Assembly: GCA_029941885.1 (NCBI GenBank)
Contig: JAPYTP010000008.1
Coordinates: 297-64,296, forward strand
Source of the DNA: Myxococcota bacterium
GTDB taxonomy: Bacteria > Myxococcota_A > UBA9160 > UBA4427
Length of the DNA: 64,000 nt
Reading direction: 5' to 3'
Under the pieces are notes generated by a model, which had not been told where the DNA came from, did not search any database, and saw only the letters and a list, made by a program, of their open reading frames with translations. The position numbers were made by a program, and so were the translations under genes. Shown piece after piece: positions 1 to 9,641 of this stretch (positions within the stretch are counted from its first letter, which is position 1; every line of letters starts with the position of its first letter).

Positions 1-419
1 GCTGCTCCGAGGTCCGCTTCAACGAGCGCAGCCCGCATGGCCTCGAAGGACTCGAACTCGGGCTCGCCGAACGTTCAGCGCAGGAGCGTCGCCGCGCGAA
101 AATCCTGCGCGGCGGCGCGGGCGAGCGTCTCGAGGGACTCCTCGAGGCCGAGATCGTCATCGTCGATCCGCCGCGCAAGGGCCTCGACCCGCCGCTCCTC
201 GAGGCACTTGCGACGGCGCCACCGGAACGACTCGTCTATCTCGCCTGTGGCCTCCCCGCGCTCCTGAAAGAGCTCGAGATCCTCGAGCGCGAGGGCGGAT
301 TGCGACTGGCGGGGATCGAAACCTTCGATTTCTTCCCGTTCACTGAGCACATCGAGATGCTTGTCTGGCTCGACCGCGAAGGGGAACGAATGGAATCAGG
401 TGCGCTGCCCCTTCCGTGA
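1..419 (+). CDS. RNA (uracil-5-)-methyltransferase, RlmD/TrmA family, C-terminal part (5' end outside window)
   Basis: Own translation of frame 3 (not in ORF track): VIVDPPRKGL, LVYLAC (catalytic Cys), FDFFPFTEHIE; TGA at 417-419. Confidence 0.88.
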   Translation, partial: CSEVRFNERSPHGLEGLELGLAERSAQERRRAKILRGGAGERLEGLLEAEIVIVDPPRKGLDPPLLEALATAPPERLVYLACGLPALLKELEILEREGGLRLAGIETFDFFPFTEHIEMLVWLDREGERMESGALPLP

Positions 420-1169
420 TCCCAGTACGGCGAGGCCGAGACCGACGAGCAGCGCCGTACCGGGTTCCGGAACGACCGGGCCGTCCGTTGTCGTGATCGT
501 GACCGACGCGTTGGTGACGAGGTTGTCCTCGGTGCCGGTGTATCCGTCGAGATACTCCGCGTAGGTGCCGATAAAGAGCGTCGTAGTGCCGGGAGCGGCC
601 ATGGTGAACACGACCCGGAACTGGGCGTCGCCGGGAACGCCCGTCACGATCCCAGGATCGATCGAACCATTGCCCTCCGCCGCCGTCACACCGAGCGTCG
701 CGAGGAATTCCGCCTCGACACCCGGACCGACCGCATTCTCCTGGAAAGGGATCGGGGAGGGGACCTGGTTCACCAGGCCCTGGATACAGCCGAAGCTCGG
801 GAAACAAGCTGAGGTCAGCACGTCGTGCGAGATCCGGCTCGCTCCGGCGTTCAGACTCAAGACCGTATTGTCATAACCGTTCACCGAACCGGCGATCGCG
901 AGGGCGCGGTCCGTCGTACGCAACGTGATGTCGAGGATGATCTGGTCACCGATCGTCACCACACTGAGACCACCGGGGGCGTCCGTGCTCACCTCCACGG
1001 TCCAGATCGCCTCGGCATAGGCCGTCGAGGCCGGCAAGAACATCGCCCCAGCAACGGCGAAGAACATCGCTGCCACGCTGAGGTAGGACACAAGAAATCG
1101 CGTCCCGATTCCCCTTCGGAGAAGCGCTGGGCAGAGTCTCGACCTCAGTCGACAGACATTCCTGAACAT
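396..1169 (-). CDS. PEP-CTERM sorting-domain surface protein
   Basis: C-terminus VPEPGTALLVGLGLAVLGSRKGQRT (PEP + TM helix + basic tail); signal peptide ending AYA-E; start uncertain (ATG 1169 chosen; 1490 is an over-extension). Confidence 0.88.
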   Translation of the reverse strand: MFRNVCRLRSRLCPALLRRGIGTRFLVSYLSVAAMFFAVAGAMFLPASTAYAEAIWTVEVSTDAPGGLSVVTIGDQIILDITLRTTDRALAIAGSVNGYDNTVLSLNAGASRISHDVLTSACFPSFGCIQGLVNQVPSPIPFQENAVGPGVEAEFLATLGVTAAEGNGSIDPGIVTGVPGDAQFRVVFTMAAPGTTTLFIGTYAEYLDGYTGTEDNLVTNASVTITTTDGPVVPEPGTALLVGLGLAVLGSRKGQRT

Positions 1170-1270
1170 TGGCAGCCCGATCCCATGTTGGCCGTCTAGT
1201 GAGGGAAGTAGTCGATTCCGGCCCCAACGTGGCAAGCAGATCTGGGGAAGATTGAAATCGGCGGCTCGGA

Positions 1271-1286
1271 TGCAAGACTCCCACCA
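1271..1286 (-). promoter_or_regulatory. candidate sigma-54 -24/-12 promoter for the PEP-CTERM gene
   Basis: Minus strand TGGTGGGAGTCTTGCA = TGG..GG-N10-GC..TTGCA, about 100 nt upstream of ATG 1169. Confidence 0.4.
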
Positions 1287-1354
1287 CGGTTCTACTCGCA
1301 GATAGAGATATGACGTGCGAAGACCGAAACGAAGAGAAGATTGGGCGGACCTGG

Positions 1355-2011
1355 ATGCACGCGGACCCGGACAAGACAGAGACCGTTGCCGATCGGCAGG
1401 AGACATTGGACTTCGGGCCGCCACGACCCCTGGTTCGCGAGCCTCGTTCGGGCGAGCGCAGGAGGGTGCAAGAAGTGCTCGGACGCGCATTCTTCGATGA
1501 CCCGGTGTCGATGTTTCTGTTTCCGGACGAACGCAGGAGAGAGACTGGCTTCGCCGCCTTCACCGGACTCGCCATCGACGCCTTCGGCGCGGATGCACTC
1601 GTATTGACGAATGAGGCCGTGCAAGGGGCTGCGATCTGGCAGCGACCCTCGCCTGGACGGCCAGGATGGTCGAAACAGCTCCGAATGGGCGTGCGGATGC
1701 TGTGGGTCATTCGAGGCGGGTTCCGAAAGGCGATCGGACTTGGTGAGTTCATGAACGAACATCATCTGCAGGAACCACACTACTACCTCGCGGCCCTCGG
1801 AACGGATCCCGCTTTCCAGGGATCGGGAATCGGATCCGCATTGATCCAGCCCGTCCTCGAGTGTTGCGATACGGAGCGCAAACCCGCCTATCTCGAATCT
1901 TCGAAGCGGAGCAATATCCCCTTCTACAACAAACACGGATTCGAAGTCATCGAGGAGCTACAGATTCCAGGCGGTCCGAGCATCTGGCCGATGATTCGGC
2001 GAACCGGCTAG
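1355..2011 (+). CDS. GNAT family N-acetyltransferase
   Basis: HYYLAALGTDPAFQGSGIGSAL (motif A), PAYLES, NIPFYNKHGF. Confidence 0.9.
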   Translation: MHADPDKTETVADRQETLDFGPPRPLVREPRSGERRRVQEVLGRAFFDDPVSMFLFPDERRRETGFAAFTGLAIDAFGADALVLTNEAVQGAAIWQRPSPGRPGWSKQLRMGVRMLWVIRGGFRKAIGLGEFMNEHHLQEPHYYLAALGTDPAFQGSGIGSALIQPVLECCDTERKPAYLESSKRSNIPFYNKHGFEVIEELQIPGGPSIWPMIRRTG

Positions 2012-2826
2012 CCCGTTACGCGGTGGCGCTCGAAGGACCAAGCTCCGCTCGCCTCTTCGATATGCCGGACGGAGTTCGCGCGACCGAAGCGCGCGGAGAT
2101 CCGGGCCTGGGGCACGAAGGGGGGGCCGACCGCAGGCGCCTTCAGATCCCCAGCGAATCGCGAGAGCAGCAACTCATCGATCCATTCGCCCTCGACCCGA
2201 TCGACCCGGTCGTTCCCCGAACTGGAGGTGGCAGGCGTGGGGTAGAGCGTCCTCGAAACGGTCGGCCCCGCCTCGACCAGGACGGTGCGGGCGCCGAGGA
2301 GCTCGCGGGCACGGGCGATTGCGCGGAGGACACTCGCGCGCAGCGGCTCGCCCGGTTCTTCCGGCCCCTCGATCGAGAGGCGGGCCACGTTCTGCCCGCC
2401 CAGGCGCACGCGACCGGCTGGCGTCGTCCAGACGAGCCCCGCTCGCGCCGCTACGAGCGCCGGGTGTTCGATCGGGAAGTCCCCGCTCTCGGACAACACC
2501 ACCACGCCGGGAGAAGCGTGCTTGCCGAGCACCCGCTCGCGCCATCGCGCGAGCGCGACCTGCCCCTCTTCGTCCTCGGCATAGCGATGGACGAGTTCTG
2601 GCTCGGCGCGCAAGATCGCGCCGGTCGTCACGATCGCATCCGCCCGCGCACGTGCGAGCCCGAGAACGAAACGGTCTGTCGGGCTCGTCGGCGCGCTCGA
2701 GCCGATCGCAATCGCACAGGCCGGGCTCCCCGCGATCGCCGCGACGTGCAGGAGCCCCGTCGCGGACCGCCAATCGACCACCCCGTAGAGGGTCTCGATC
2801 CGTTCGGAGAGTGCCGAAGTCTGCAT
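2008..2826 (-). CDS. RibD C-terminal / dihydrofolate-reductase-like reductase
   Basis: DRFVLGLARARADAIVTTGAILRAEP, VLVEAGPT, IDELLLS. Confidence 0.8.
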   Translation of the reverse strand: MQTSALSERIETLYGVVDWRSATGLLHVAAIAGSPACAIAIGSSAPTSPTDRFVLGLARARADAIVTTGAILRAEPELVHRYAEDEEGQVALARWRERVLGKHASPGVVVLSESGDFPIEHPALVAARAGLVWTTPAGRVRLGGQNVARLSIEGPEEPGEPLRASVLRAIARARELLGARTVLVEAGPTVSRTLYPTPATSSSGNDRVDRVEGEWIDELLLSRFAGDLKAPAVGPPFVPQARISARFGRANSVRHIEEASGAWSFERHRVTG

Positions 2827-2971
2827 GCCTGCGCGTTTCCTCGATGACCGGCCGCTCTCCCGATGACTTCGGGGCGGGCGACCCGGCTTACCCCCTGACC
2901 ACTCGGCCAATCCGTGGCATCCTACACCCGGGACTGGCTTCTGAGTCTGTGTCTGGGGGGGGAACCATCCG

Positions 2972-3565
2972 ATGATGTCCCACCTGTCTCTCTTGCAGGA
3001 GTTGCTGCTGCTCGGACTCGTTGCGCTTTCGCTGATCTACGTCCTGTATTTCCGAATCTGGCTCGCCCTGGCGATCGGTTCCGACGTGGTCTTCGCCGCG
3101 GCGCTCGGACTCGCGGTCGCGGCCATCTCGGCACCCGGTGTTTTCCATTCCGCCTCGACGGCGCTGATCGATCGCAGCCCACTCCCCACCGCCCTCCGCG
3201 ATGCCGACGCGAGGGTAGCCGCGATCGAGGCGCTTCCCCGCAACCTGATCGATCGCGCCCTCGCCCAGATCGGATATTCACCCGAACCGGTCGAGGACAA
3301 TTCGGACCTCGAGCCGACCCCACCGCCGGGACCCTTCGTTTCCGCGATACGACCCTCCGTCGAGGCCCTCGTTTCAACGGTCCTCCGCTTCGCGAGCTTC
3401 GCTTGCGGATCGTTCCTGATGCTGACGTCGCTCGCCATGCGATCGTCGACGACGACCGCCCGCAGACTCCAGCTATTTTCCGTGCGAATCGAGCGACTCG
3501 AATCTGCACTCACGCCTACTGATTCCGTGTCCGAAGACACGATCGACCAGGGTTATGCGACCTGA
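2972..3565 (+). CDS. hypothetical membrane protein
   Basis: Two N-terminal and one C-terminal hydrophobic segments; stop overlaps kinase start (TGATG). Confidence 0.65.
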   Translation: MMSHLSLLQELLLLGLVALSLIYVLYFRIWLALAIGSDVVFAAALGLAVAAISAPGVFHSASTALIDRSPLPTALRDADARVAAIEALPRNLIDRALAQIGYSPEPVEDNSDLEPTPPPGPFVSAIRPSVEALVSTVLRFASFACGSFLMLTSLAMRSSTTTARRLQLFSVRIERLESALTPTDSVSEDTIDQGYAT

Positions 3566-5769
3566 TGATGAATTCCAAGAGCGACTCAAAATCACAGGGA
3601 GGTCGAATCGCAGACCTGATAATGAGGGCGGACGCCTATTTCCTTTCCGACGCGCTCCGCAACGAAGGCGCCAGCGAAGTCGCCAACACGCGAATGGGAG
3701 TCCTCTTCTGCATCTCGGCGAGCCTCGGCACCCTCATCTTCATGCCGATCCAATTTTCGGTATGGCCGATCGAGATCGGTCTGGCAGCGACTCTCCTCGC
3801 GACGGCAACATTGATTCTGCCCTTCGCGCTTCGGCAGACCCGGGCGATTCGCTCCCTCGGTCAGGTCGCCTGCGGGATCCTGGCGCTGGGAACCACGATT
3901 TCGGTGTGGATGAGCGCGGGACAGGCGGGGGGGGGCCTTCCCTTCCTTCCCATTCTTCCGATGGCGGGGCTACTCGTTCGGGGCGGGCGAGGCGCCCTGC
4001 TCTGGGCCGGCGTCGCCCTCGCGATTTCCGCCCTTGGCGTGGCTCTGCTCGCCAGCGGAGCCGCTCCGAATCCCGGATACACGGGCTCGACGGAGATCTC
4101 CCGGTACGTGATCGCCATCATCTGCATCGTCGGAATGGGCGCGATCGCCCAGCTCTTCGAGGTCTTCTGGAACCGCACGGCAATCGAAGTCGCCAACCGT
4201 GCCCAGGCCGAATTGCGAGCACGGGAGGAACGCAACCGCAGCCTGCTCGAGTACGCGACCGAAGGCGTCATGGTCGTCGATGCGGACACGATCGTGAAGT
4301 TTGCGAGCCCCGCGGCAGAGCGTCTGCTCGGAATCGGTCCGGGTGAAGCGATCGGCCAGCTGCTCCGGAATTTCAGCGACCCGGAGGACCTGCACGAGAC
4401 CTATCGAGTGTGGTTCGAGGTCACGTCCCGGCCGGACGGTGTCGGACGCTTCCAGAGCCGCACCCGGGGCGGTCTCGGCCCCGGCGATCCGGCCAAGGCC
4501 CGGGTGCTCGACATCACGGTTTCGAATCGCCTCGACAACCCCTCGGTGACGGGCGTCATCGTTCGCCTGAGAGATATCACCGACCTCTCGCAGGCCGAGG
4601 CGAATTACCAATCCCTGGTCGAAAACTCGCTCCAGGGCATCTTGGTCATCTGCGACGACGCCATCGTCTACGCGAACGACGCTCTGGCCGAACTCTTTGG
4701 TGTGAGCCGGCAAGAGCTTCTCCGCAACGGCGACGTCGGCGCTCTCGACCACGTCCACAGAGACGACCGCCAACGCGTCCACGATTGTTTCACGTCGAAC
4801 GACCCGACTGGCTCCTGTTCCACAGAATTGCGCGTTCTCCGGGGCGACGGCGCATGGTGCTGGATCCAGATGCGTTGGGCCGACATGAGCTGGGAGGGCC
4901 GGCCGGCGCGACAGATCGCCCATGCCGATATCAGCGCCCAGAAAGAACTCACTGCCCAGCAAGAGCGGGAGCACGAGCGCCTCGGCGCCGCGATCCTCGA
5001 GCGGACGCGTGAACTCGAGGCGAGCCAGCAGAGCCTCCGCGAACAGGAAAGAATGGCGGCGGTCGGGACCCTTGCCGCCGGCATTGCGCACCAGATCAAC
5101 AATCCGATCGGGGCGATCCTCACGTCGGCCGACTTTGCGATCATGACCGCGCACGAGGATGGAGGCGCCCAGATCCGGACCGATGCGCTACACGACATCC
5201 GTGCCCAGGCCATCCGCTGTGGAAAGATCGTTCGCAGTGTGCTCCAGTTTTCTCGCTCCGAGGCCACGGAGAAATGGTCGAGCGATCTGACCAGCGTCCT
5301 CCGCACGGCAGTCGATGTCACCGCCCATTACGCGACGGAGCGAGCGGCGAGCATACAGGTCAGTCTCTCGCCGGAGGCATCCGACCGAACGACGTTGATG
5401 AATCCGATCGAGCTCGAGCAGGTCTTCGTCAATCTGATTCGAAACGCGATCGAATCCCAGCCCACAGGCGGCAATGTGAGCGTGTCGACTCGCATGGTCG
5501 ACGAGGAAATCGAAGTCGTGATCGAAGATGATGGCCCGGGGATTGCTGAGATCCATGCAATCCACGTCTTCGAGCCGTTCTACACCACCCGCCTGCGCGA
5601 CGGTGGAACGGGACTCGGACTCTCCGTGGCTCACGGCATCGTCGTGGATCACGGCGGCAGCATGTGGCACGAGAACTCGGAGGAGGCTCCCGAAGCGGGC
5701 CCACGGACGCCTCGAGGCGCCCGCTTCCACGTTCGGCTCCCATCCGAGAAGGCGAAGATCCTGGCGTGA
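3565..5769 (+). CDS. membrane-bound PAS-PAS sensor histidine kinase
   Basis: Multi-TM N-terminus, two PAS domains, H-box GIAHQINNP, N-box NLIRNA, DDGPG, FEPFYTT, GTGLGL. Confidence 0.93.
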   Translation: MMNSKSDSKSQGGRIADLIMRADAYFLSDALRNEGASEVANTRMGVLFCISASLGTLIFMPIQFSVWPIEIGLAATLLATATLILPFALRQTRAIRSLGQVACGILALGTTISVWMSAGQAGGGLPFLPILPMAGLLVRGGRGALLWAGVALAISALGVALLASGAAPNPGYTGSTEISRYVIAIICIVGMGAIAQLFEVFWNRTAIEVANRAQAELRAREERNRSLLEYATEGVMVVDADTIVKFASPAAERLLGIGPGEAIGQLLRNFSDPEDLHETYRVWFEVTSRPDGVGRFQSRTRGGLGPGDPAKARVLDITVSNRLDNPSVTGVIVRLRDITDLSQAEANYQSLVENSLQGILVICDDAIVYANDALAELFGVSRQELLRNGDVGALDHVHRDDRQRVHDCFTSNDPTGSCSTELRVLRGDGAWCWIQMRWADMSWEGRPARQIAHADISAQKELTAQQEREHERLGAAILERTRELEASQQSLREQERMAAVGTLAAGIAHQINNPIGAILTSADFAIMTAHEDGGAQIRTDALHDIRAQAIRCGKIVRSVLQFSRSEATEKWSSDLTSVLRTAVDVTAHYATERAASIQVSLSPEASDRTTLMNPIELEQVFVNLIRNAIESQPTGGNVSVSTRMVDEEIEVVIEDDGPGIAEIHAIHVFEPFYTTRLRDGGTGLGLSVAHGIVVDHGGSMWHENSEEAPEAGPRTPRGARFHVRLPSEKAKILA

Positions 5770-5788
5770 TTCGCCCTGCGAAACATGT

Positions 5789-6460
5789 TTAGTCGTCTGC
5801 GGAATCCGACGGGGGCGGAAATTTTTCGAGAATCGCGCGCACCCCCTGCTCCATCTGCTCGCCCCGCCGATCGCGACTGCGAGTCCCGACGATGCCGGTT
5901 CCCCAGCCGCGCCAAAGCAGCTCCTCGCTCGAGGGATCGAGCAGATCCAGAATCAGGGTGGATTCTTGATAGGCACGCACATTCGTCGTCGAATACACAT
6001 GGCCCACACCGATTCCACGCCGACGAAGCCCACCGGCCGAAGACGAGATGCCGTCCACCCGCACCTGATCATCCAGAATCACCGCATAGGTCACCAGGAA
6101 ATCCGCCTCATCGGGGCTTTCGACCAATCGAAATCCCCGGTCCTCGAGCACCGTTTCGACGGCGAAACGAACCCTCTTCCGCAACAGGGAGTTGTCTGCG
6201 AAGGGGTCCGCGCCCTCGATCACGGGCGGTTCGACGAAGTAAAATCGCTGCAGACCGTCGAAAGCGATCGATGAATCCCAGTCCGTCTGCACGTTGTAGG
6301 TCTGGCAGCCCGCCAGCCCGATCGCGAGAGCCAGGACCACGAGGAATCGGATCGGGTCGGGTCCAATTCGTCCGACATTTCCGATCGTCGACGCGGATCT
6401 CCCATCGACCCTCGCTCGGGCGCTCACCGGGGTGTTGTCGAGGGTCGTTTCCCGGGCCAT
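5789..6460 (-). CDS. DUF4136 family lipoprotein
   Basis: Lipobox LAGC; TDWDSSIAF, ADFLVTY, YQESTLILDLLD..LLWRG, ILEKFPP; GGAGGA RBS before ATG 6460. Confidence 0.85.
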   Translation of the reverse strand: MARETTLDNTPVSARARVDGRSASTIGNVGRIGPDPIRFLVVLALAIGLAGCQTYNVQTDWDSSIAFDGLQRFYFVEPPVIEGADPFADNSLLRKRVRFAVETVLEDRGFRLVESPDEADFLVTYAVILDDQVRVDGISSSAGGLRRRGIGVGHVYSTTNVRAYQESTLILDLLDPSSEELLWRGWGTGIVGTRSRDRRGEQMEQGVRAILEKFPPPSDSADD

Positions 6461-6588
6461 CGCGACTTCCTCCGCTGACACGCCCGATCCGAATCCTGGA
6501 TGGGCGTCATCGAACCCGGAGGATAGCGGCTCAACGGGCCCGCTGATCGCCTCTCGGTGCTAGCCTCCGGGCGGTTGCTGTTCCGCAT

Positions 6589-6664
6589 GGCTACTCGGAG
6601 GACGCGCCCCATCGTTAGGGGCGATTCTCGATTTCGTGACCGAAATCTGAGCGTCAGAGTAGCC
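6589..6664 (+). ncRNA. unassigned multi-stem structured element (candidate cis-regulatory RNA)
   Basis: Nested pairings GGCTACTC/GAGTAGCC, GACGC/GCGTC, GCCCC/GGGGC, GATTTCG/CGAAATC; no family recognised; strand inferred from upstream TGcTAGCCT. Confidence 0.35.
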
Positions 6665-6782
6665 GGAGGTTCCATGCCCCTCGATCCCGAATCGGCTCCG
6701 ACGTTCGGCGGCCAATCCGACCCCCACGAGGTCGACCCATCGTCGCCTGCCCTTCGCAATCTGTTCGAGGCCTGAATCAGTC

Positions 6783-7088
6783 ATGTCGTGGCATCGGATC
6801 CTGCTCGATTCCCCACTCGCACCGGGTGAAAAGGTTCCCACGCGCATCGAGGATCGAGAGATCCTGATCTGCCGAATCGAGGACGACTATTTCGCGCTCG
6901 CAAGCCGCTGCACACATTCCGCCTGGCCGCTGGCCGAGGAGGTGATCGAGGGCACGGAAATCGTGTGTTCGTTGCACGGCGCGCGCTTCGACATTCGCGA
7001 CGGCTGCCCGACCGGTGGCCCCGCGAGAAAACCCCTCGCCACCTACCCCATCGAGATTCGCGAAGGCGAACTCTACGTGAGTATCTGA
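6783..7088 (+). CDS. Rieske-type [2Fe-2S] ferredoxin
   Basis: CTH...CSLHGARFD motifs, 101 aa. Confidence 0.92.
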   Translation: MSWHRILLDSPLAPGEKVPTRIEDREILICRIEDDYFALASRCTHSAWPLAEEVIEGTEIVCSLHGARFDIRDGCPTGGPARKPLATYPIEIREGELYVSI

Positions 7089-7090
7089 AA

Positions 7091-8308
7091 ATGACCCGTG
7101 TACGAATCGCTTCGTGTCTCGCCCTATTGGTGGCGAGTCTCGCCTGTAGCTCGCTCAACTACCCCGATACACCCGACGCACCCGGCGCGCCCGACGGATC
7201 CCAGGCGGCACCGAGCGCACCCGTCCTGCTCGGTCTCGATTTCGGCATCCCGGAAAGTGACATCGACGCAAGCGAGGAGGAAATCGCCCAGGAATGGGAT
7301 GACCTCACGCGCCGCGCACGAGCGGACCACCAGCAGGGCCAATTCGATGCGGCACGGGATGGACTCGAGAAGGCCAGCATTCAGCTGTCCATGCGCGCCC
7401 CATCGAATGCACAGCGTCGAACGGTCTTTGGCATGCGGGCACGACTGGCAATGGACTTCGCCGCCCTCGGGCAAGACCAGACCGCCGAAGACCTCGCCGA
7501 TCAGCTTTTCGAAGAGGTCGAACAGGAGCCCCAGCTCGGCGGCCCCGCCATCGTCGAACTCGCCTATCTCTTCTCCCAGCGCCGTGCTGCCACCGCGCTC
7601 GAAGCGGGCCTCCCCGAATCGCAGCTGCCCTTGTTTCGAATCGCCCTGATCTCGTCGGAGTCCGCTGCGGCAAGTCAGGATCGACTGAGCCTCGCCTTCG
7701 AGATCTCGAATGTGGCCAGCGCCGAGGGAGATCACGGCCTCGCGCGCCGCGCGATCGACCGGGCCGTGCTCGATGCCCAGACGATCGCGCCTTCGGACAA
7801 GAGTCAGATCGCGTCGCTCAAGATCTTAAAGGCTCGCATCGCGATCGCGCAGGGAGATCTGGCCACCGCCGTCGCAACGGCCACCTCGGCCAACCGGATC
7901 TTCGCAGCGATCGATGCCCCCTCTCCCCAGCGGGCGATTGCGGAAGCGACCGTGGCTCGGGCGCTCGCGGAAGCAGGCGAGATCGAGCGGGCCCGCGCGA
8001 TCGCGATGGGAGCACAGGCCCGGATCGGAGGCGACCCGCCGCTTGCCGAACACTCCGCGCGACTCGTCCTCGCCGAACTCGCGCGTCTCGAGCTCGCGGC
8101 CGGCGATCCGGTGGCCGCTCGCAGCCAATTTCAGGCGGCGCTCGACATTCCTGGGATCGATTCGGCTGACGATGTGGAATTGGTCGCCCGGTTGACCGAA
8201 GAGCTCGCGGCTCTGCGTCCCACACCACCAGCAGGAACTCCAGTCGGTGCGCCAGCCGGAAATCCGGCCGGCATGGCCGTCGAAGTCGAGACGAGCGACC
8301 GGGAGTAG
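7091..8308 (+). CDS. TPR-like helical lipoprotein
   Basis: MTRVRIASCLALLVASLAC lipobox; Ala-rich TPR-like helices; starts 2 nt after Rieske stop. Confidence 0.72.
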   Translation: MTRVRIASCLALLVASLACSSLNYPDTPDAPGAPDGSQAAPSAPVLLGLDFGIPESDIDASEEEIAQEWDDLTRRARADHQQGQFDAARDGLEKASIQLSMRAPSNAQRRTVFGMRARLAMDFAALGQDQTAEDLADQLFEEVEQEPQLGGPAIVELAYLFSQRRAATALEAGLPESQLPLFRIALISSESAAASQDRLSLAFEISNVASAEGDHGLARRAIDRAVLDAQTIAPSDKSQIASLKILKARIAIAQGDLATAVATATSANRIFAAIDAPSPQRAIAEATVARALAEAGEIERARAIAMGAQARIGGDPPLAEHSARLVLAELARLELAAGDPVAARSQFQAALDIPGIDSADDVELVARLTEELAALRPTPPAGTPVGAPAGNPAGMAVEVETSDRE

Positions 8309-8344
8309 CCCGATCAGTAGCGTCCAGCCACAGCAGGAATGGGC

Positions 8345-8858
8345 CTAGTCGTCCGCTTTCGGCGCGTCGTCGCCGACCGCGTACACGCAGACTCGATAGC
8401 GACCGGATTACTTGGCGCGATAGAGGGCCGCATCCGCGCGCTGAACGATGGGTTCGGGCGAGTCGAGATTGGGAACCCAAGCCGCAACACCAATGCTGAT
8501 CGAGGTCGACAGGGTCTCGCCGCCATCCAACTGGAGCTTGATTCCCTCGACGGCCCGGCGCCATCGTTCTGCGAAGACGATCCCGCCGTTCGCGTCGTTG
8601 CTGCCGAGGATCGCCAGGAAAGGGACGTTCTGCTCGCCCCGACCGGCGTCTGACTCATACGCACCACTTCTCGCCGTCGAGTCCAGGCATTTCGAGGTCG
8701 CAGAGCACCAGGTCGGGCGAGCCGGAAAGAAGAAGCTTGAGACCCTCGATGCCGTCCCGGGCCTTGAGAACGTTGTCGAATAGCCGGGAGGCCTCGAGGG
8801 CGGCGCGCACCTCGGCCCTCTGACCCTCGGAATCTTCGATGACGAGGATTGTGGACAT
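8345..8858 (-). pseudogene. degraded response-regulator diguanylate cyclase (REC...GGDEF)
   Basis: REC N-half (ILVIED..DLVLCDLEMPGLDG) joined through frameshifts to the GGDEF C-half (SISIGVA..RADAALYRAK*SGRYRV); internal TAA at 8408-8410; GG(D/E)EF motif absent. Confidence 0.85.
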
Positions 8859-8968
8859 CCGATCTCCCACGATTCGCTTTTCTTATCGCAGCGAGCCGCG
8901 GGGACCGAAGTCCCCCGGACCAAAATACAGGGAATGCCTGACAGGACCTCCCCTGTTTCACCGGATCG

Positions 8969-9628
8969 TTAGGCAACTCGTTCGGCGACCACAGATTGGT
9001 AGGCCGGATGGTCCAACCCCGGGATGACCGGAAATCGAGTGACGGAAAGGACTCGTGCCCCTGCCCCCTCGATCAGTTCCGGATAGTCGGGGATCGGGTG
9101 GAGCGCGCACAGACCCAGGGCCCATGCGATCCAGTTGACCGGCCGGTAGTAGGCCTCGGTGATCCAGCGCGCGGCCCCGCCGGCCTCGCTGGGGGCAAAA
9201 TCCGCAAACATCAAGCGGCCCCCCGGTCGCACGAGCCGACACAGGATCGAGAGCATCGCTGCGGCGCCATCGACGTCGAAGAGATTCAGAAAGTAGTGTG
9301 CGACGACCGTGTCGTAGAGAACGTCCGGACGATGTTTCGCGACATCGCCCTGGATCGACTCCGCATCCAGAGCCTCGCGACGGAGGGTCGCGGAAAAGCG
9401 CCTCAGCATGATGGGCGACAGATCGATCGCGGTCACCGCTGCGCCACGCCGGATGGCCGGGATCGCGTCCCGCCCACACCCCACCCCCGCAAAGAGTACG
9501 CGCTCTGACGCCGAGAGCGTCTGGATCTGGCTCTGCTTCGACGCCTCGATCTGGCCGAGCGAGTAGACCGACGCCAACTCGTCATAGACGTACGCGACGC
9601 CGTCGTAGGAATGGGCGTCGAATTCCAT
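8969..9628 (-). CDS. class I SAM-dependent methyltransferase
   Basis: VLFAGVGCG, AIDLS, YDTVVAHYFL, VRPGGRL. Confidence 0.88.
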   Translation of the reverse strand: MEFDAHSYDGVAYVYDELASVYSLGQIEASKQSQIQTLSASERVLFAGVGCGRDAIPAIRRGAAVTAIDLSPIMLRRFSATLRREALDAESIQGDVAKHRPDVLYDTVVAHYFLNLFDVDGAAAMLSILCRLVRPGGRLMFADFAPSEAGGAARWITEAYYRPVNWIAWALGLCALHPIPDYPELIEGAGARVLSVTRFPVIPGLDHPAYQSVVAERVA

Positions 9629-9641
9629 CGATCGACCCGAC

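Noticed and set aside
6569-6752. Assignment of the structured element to 6S RNA, SRP RNA, c-di-AMP, yybP-ykoY or a hammerhead ribozyme
   Set aside because: Arms are too asymmetric for 6S, and the diagnostic cores (SRP GGAA loop, GUCAGCUAAC, GGGGAGUAG, CUGANGA) are absent
8408-8410. Programmed readthrough or frameshifting in the REC-GGDEF remnant
   Set aside because: Multiple independent lesions plus loss of the GGDEF active site indicate decay
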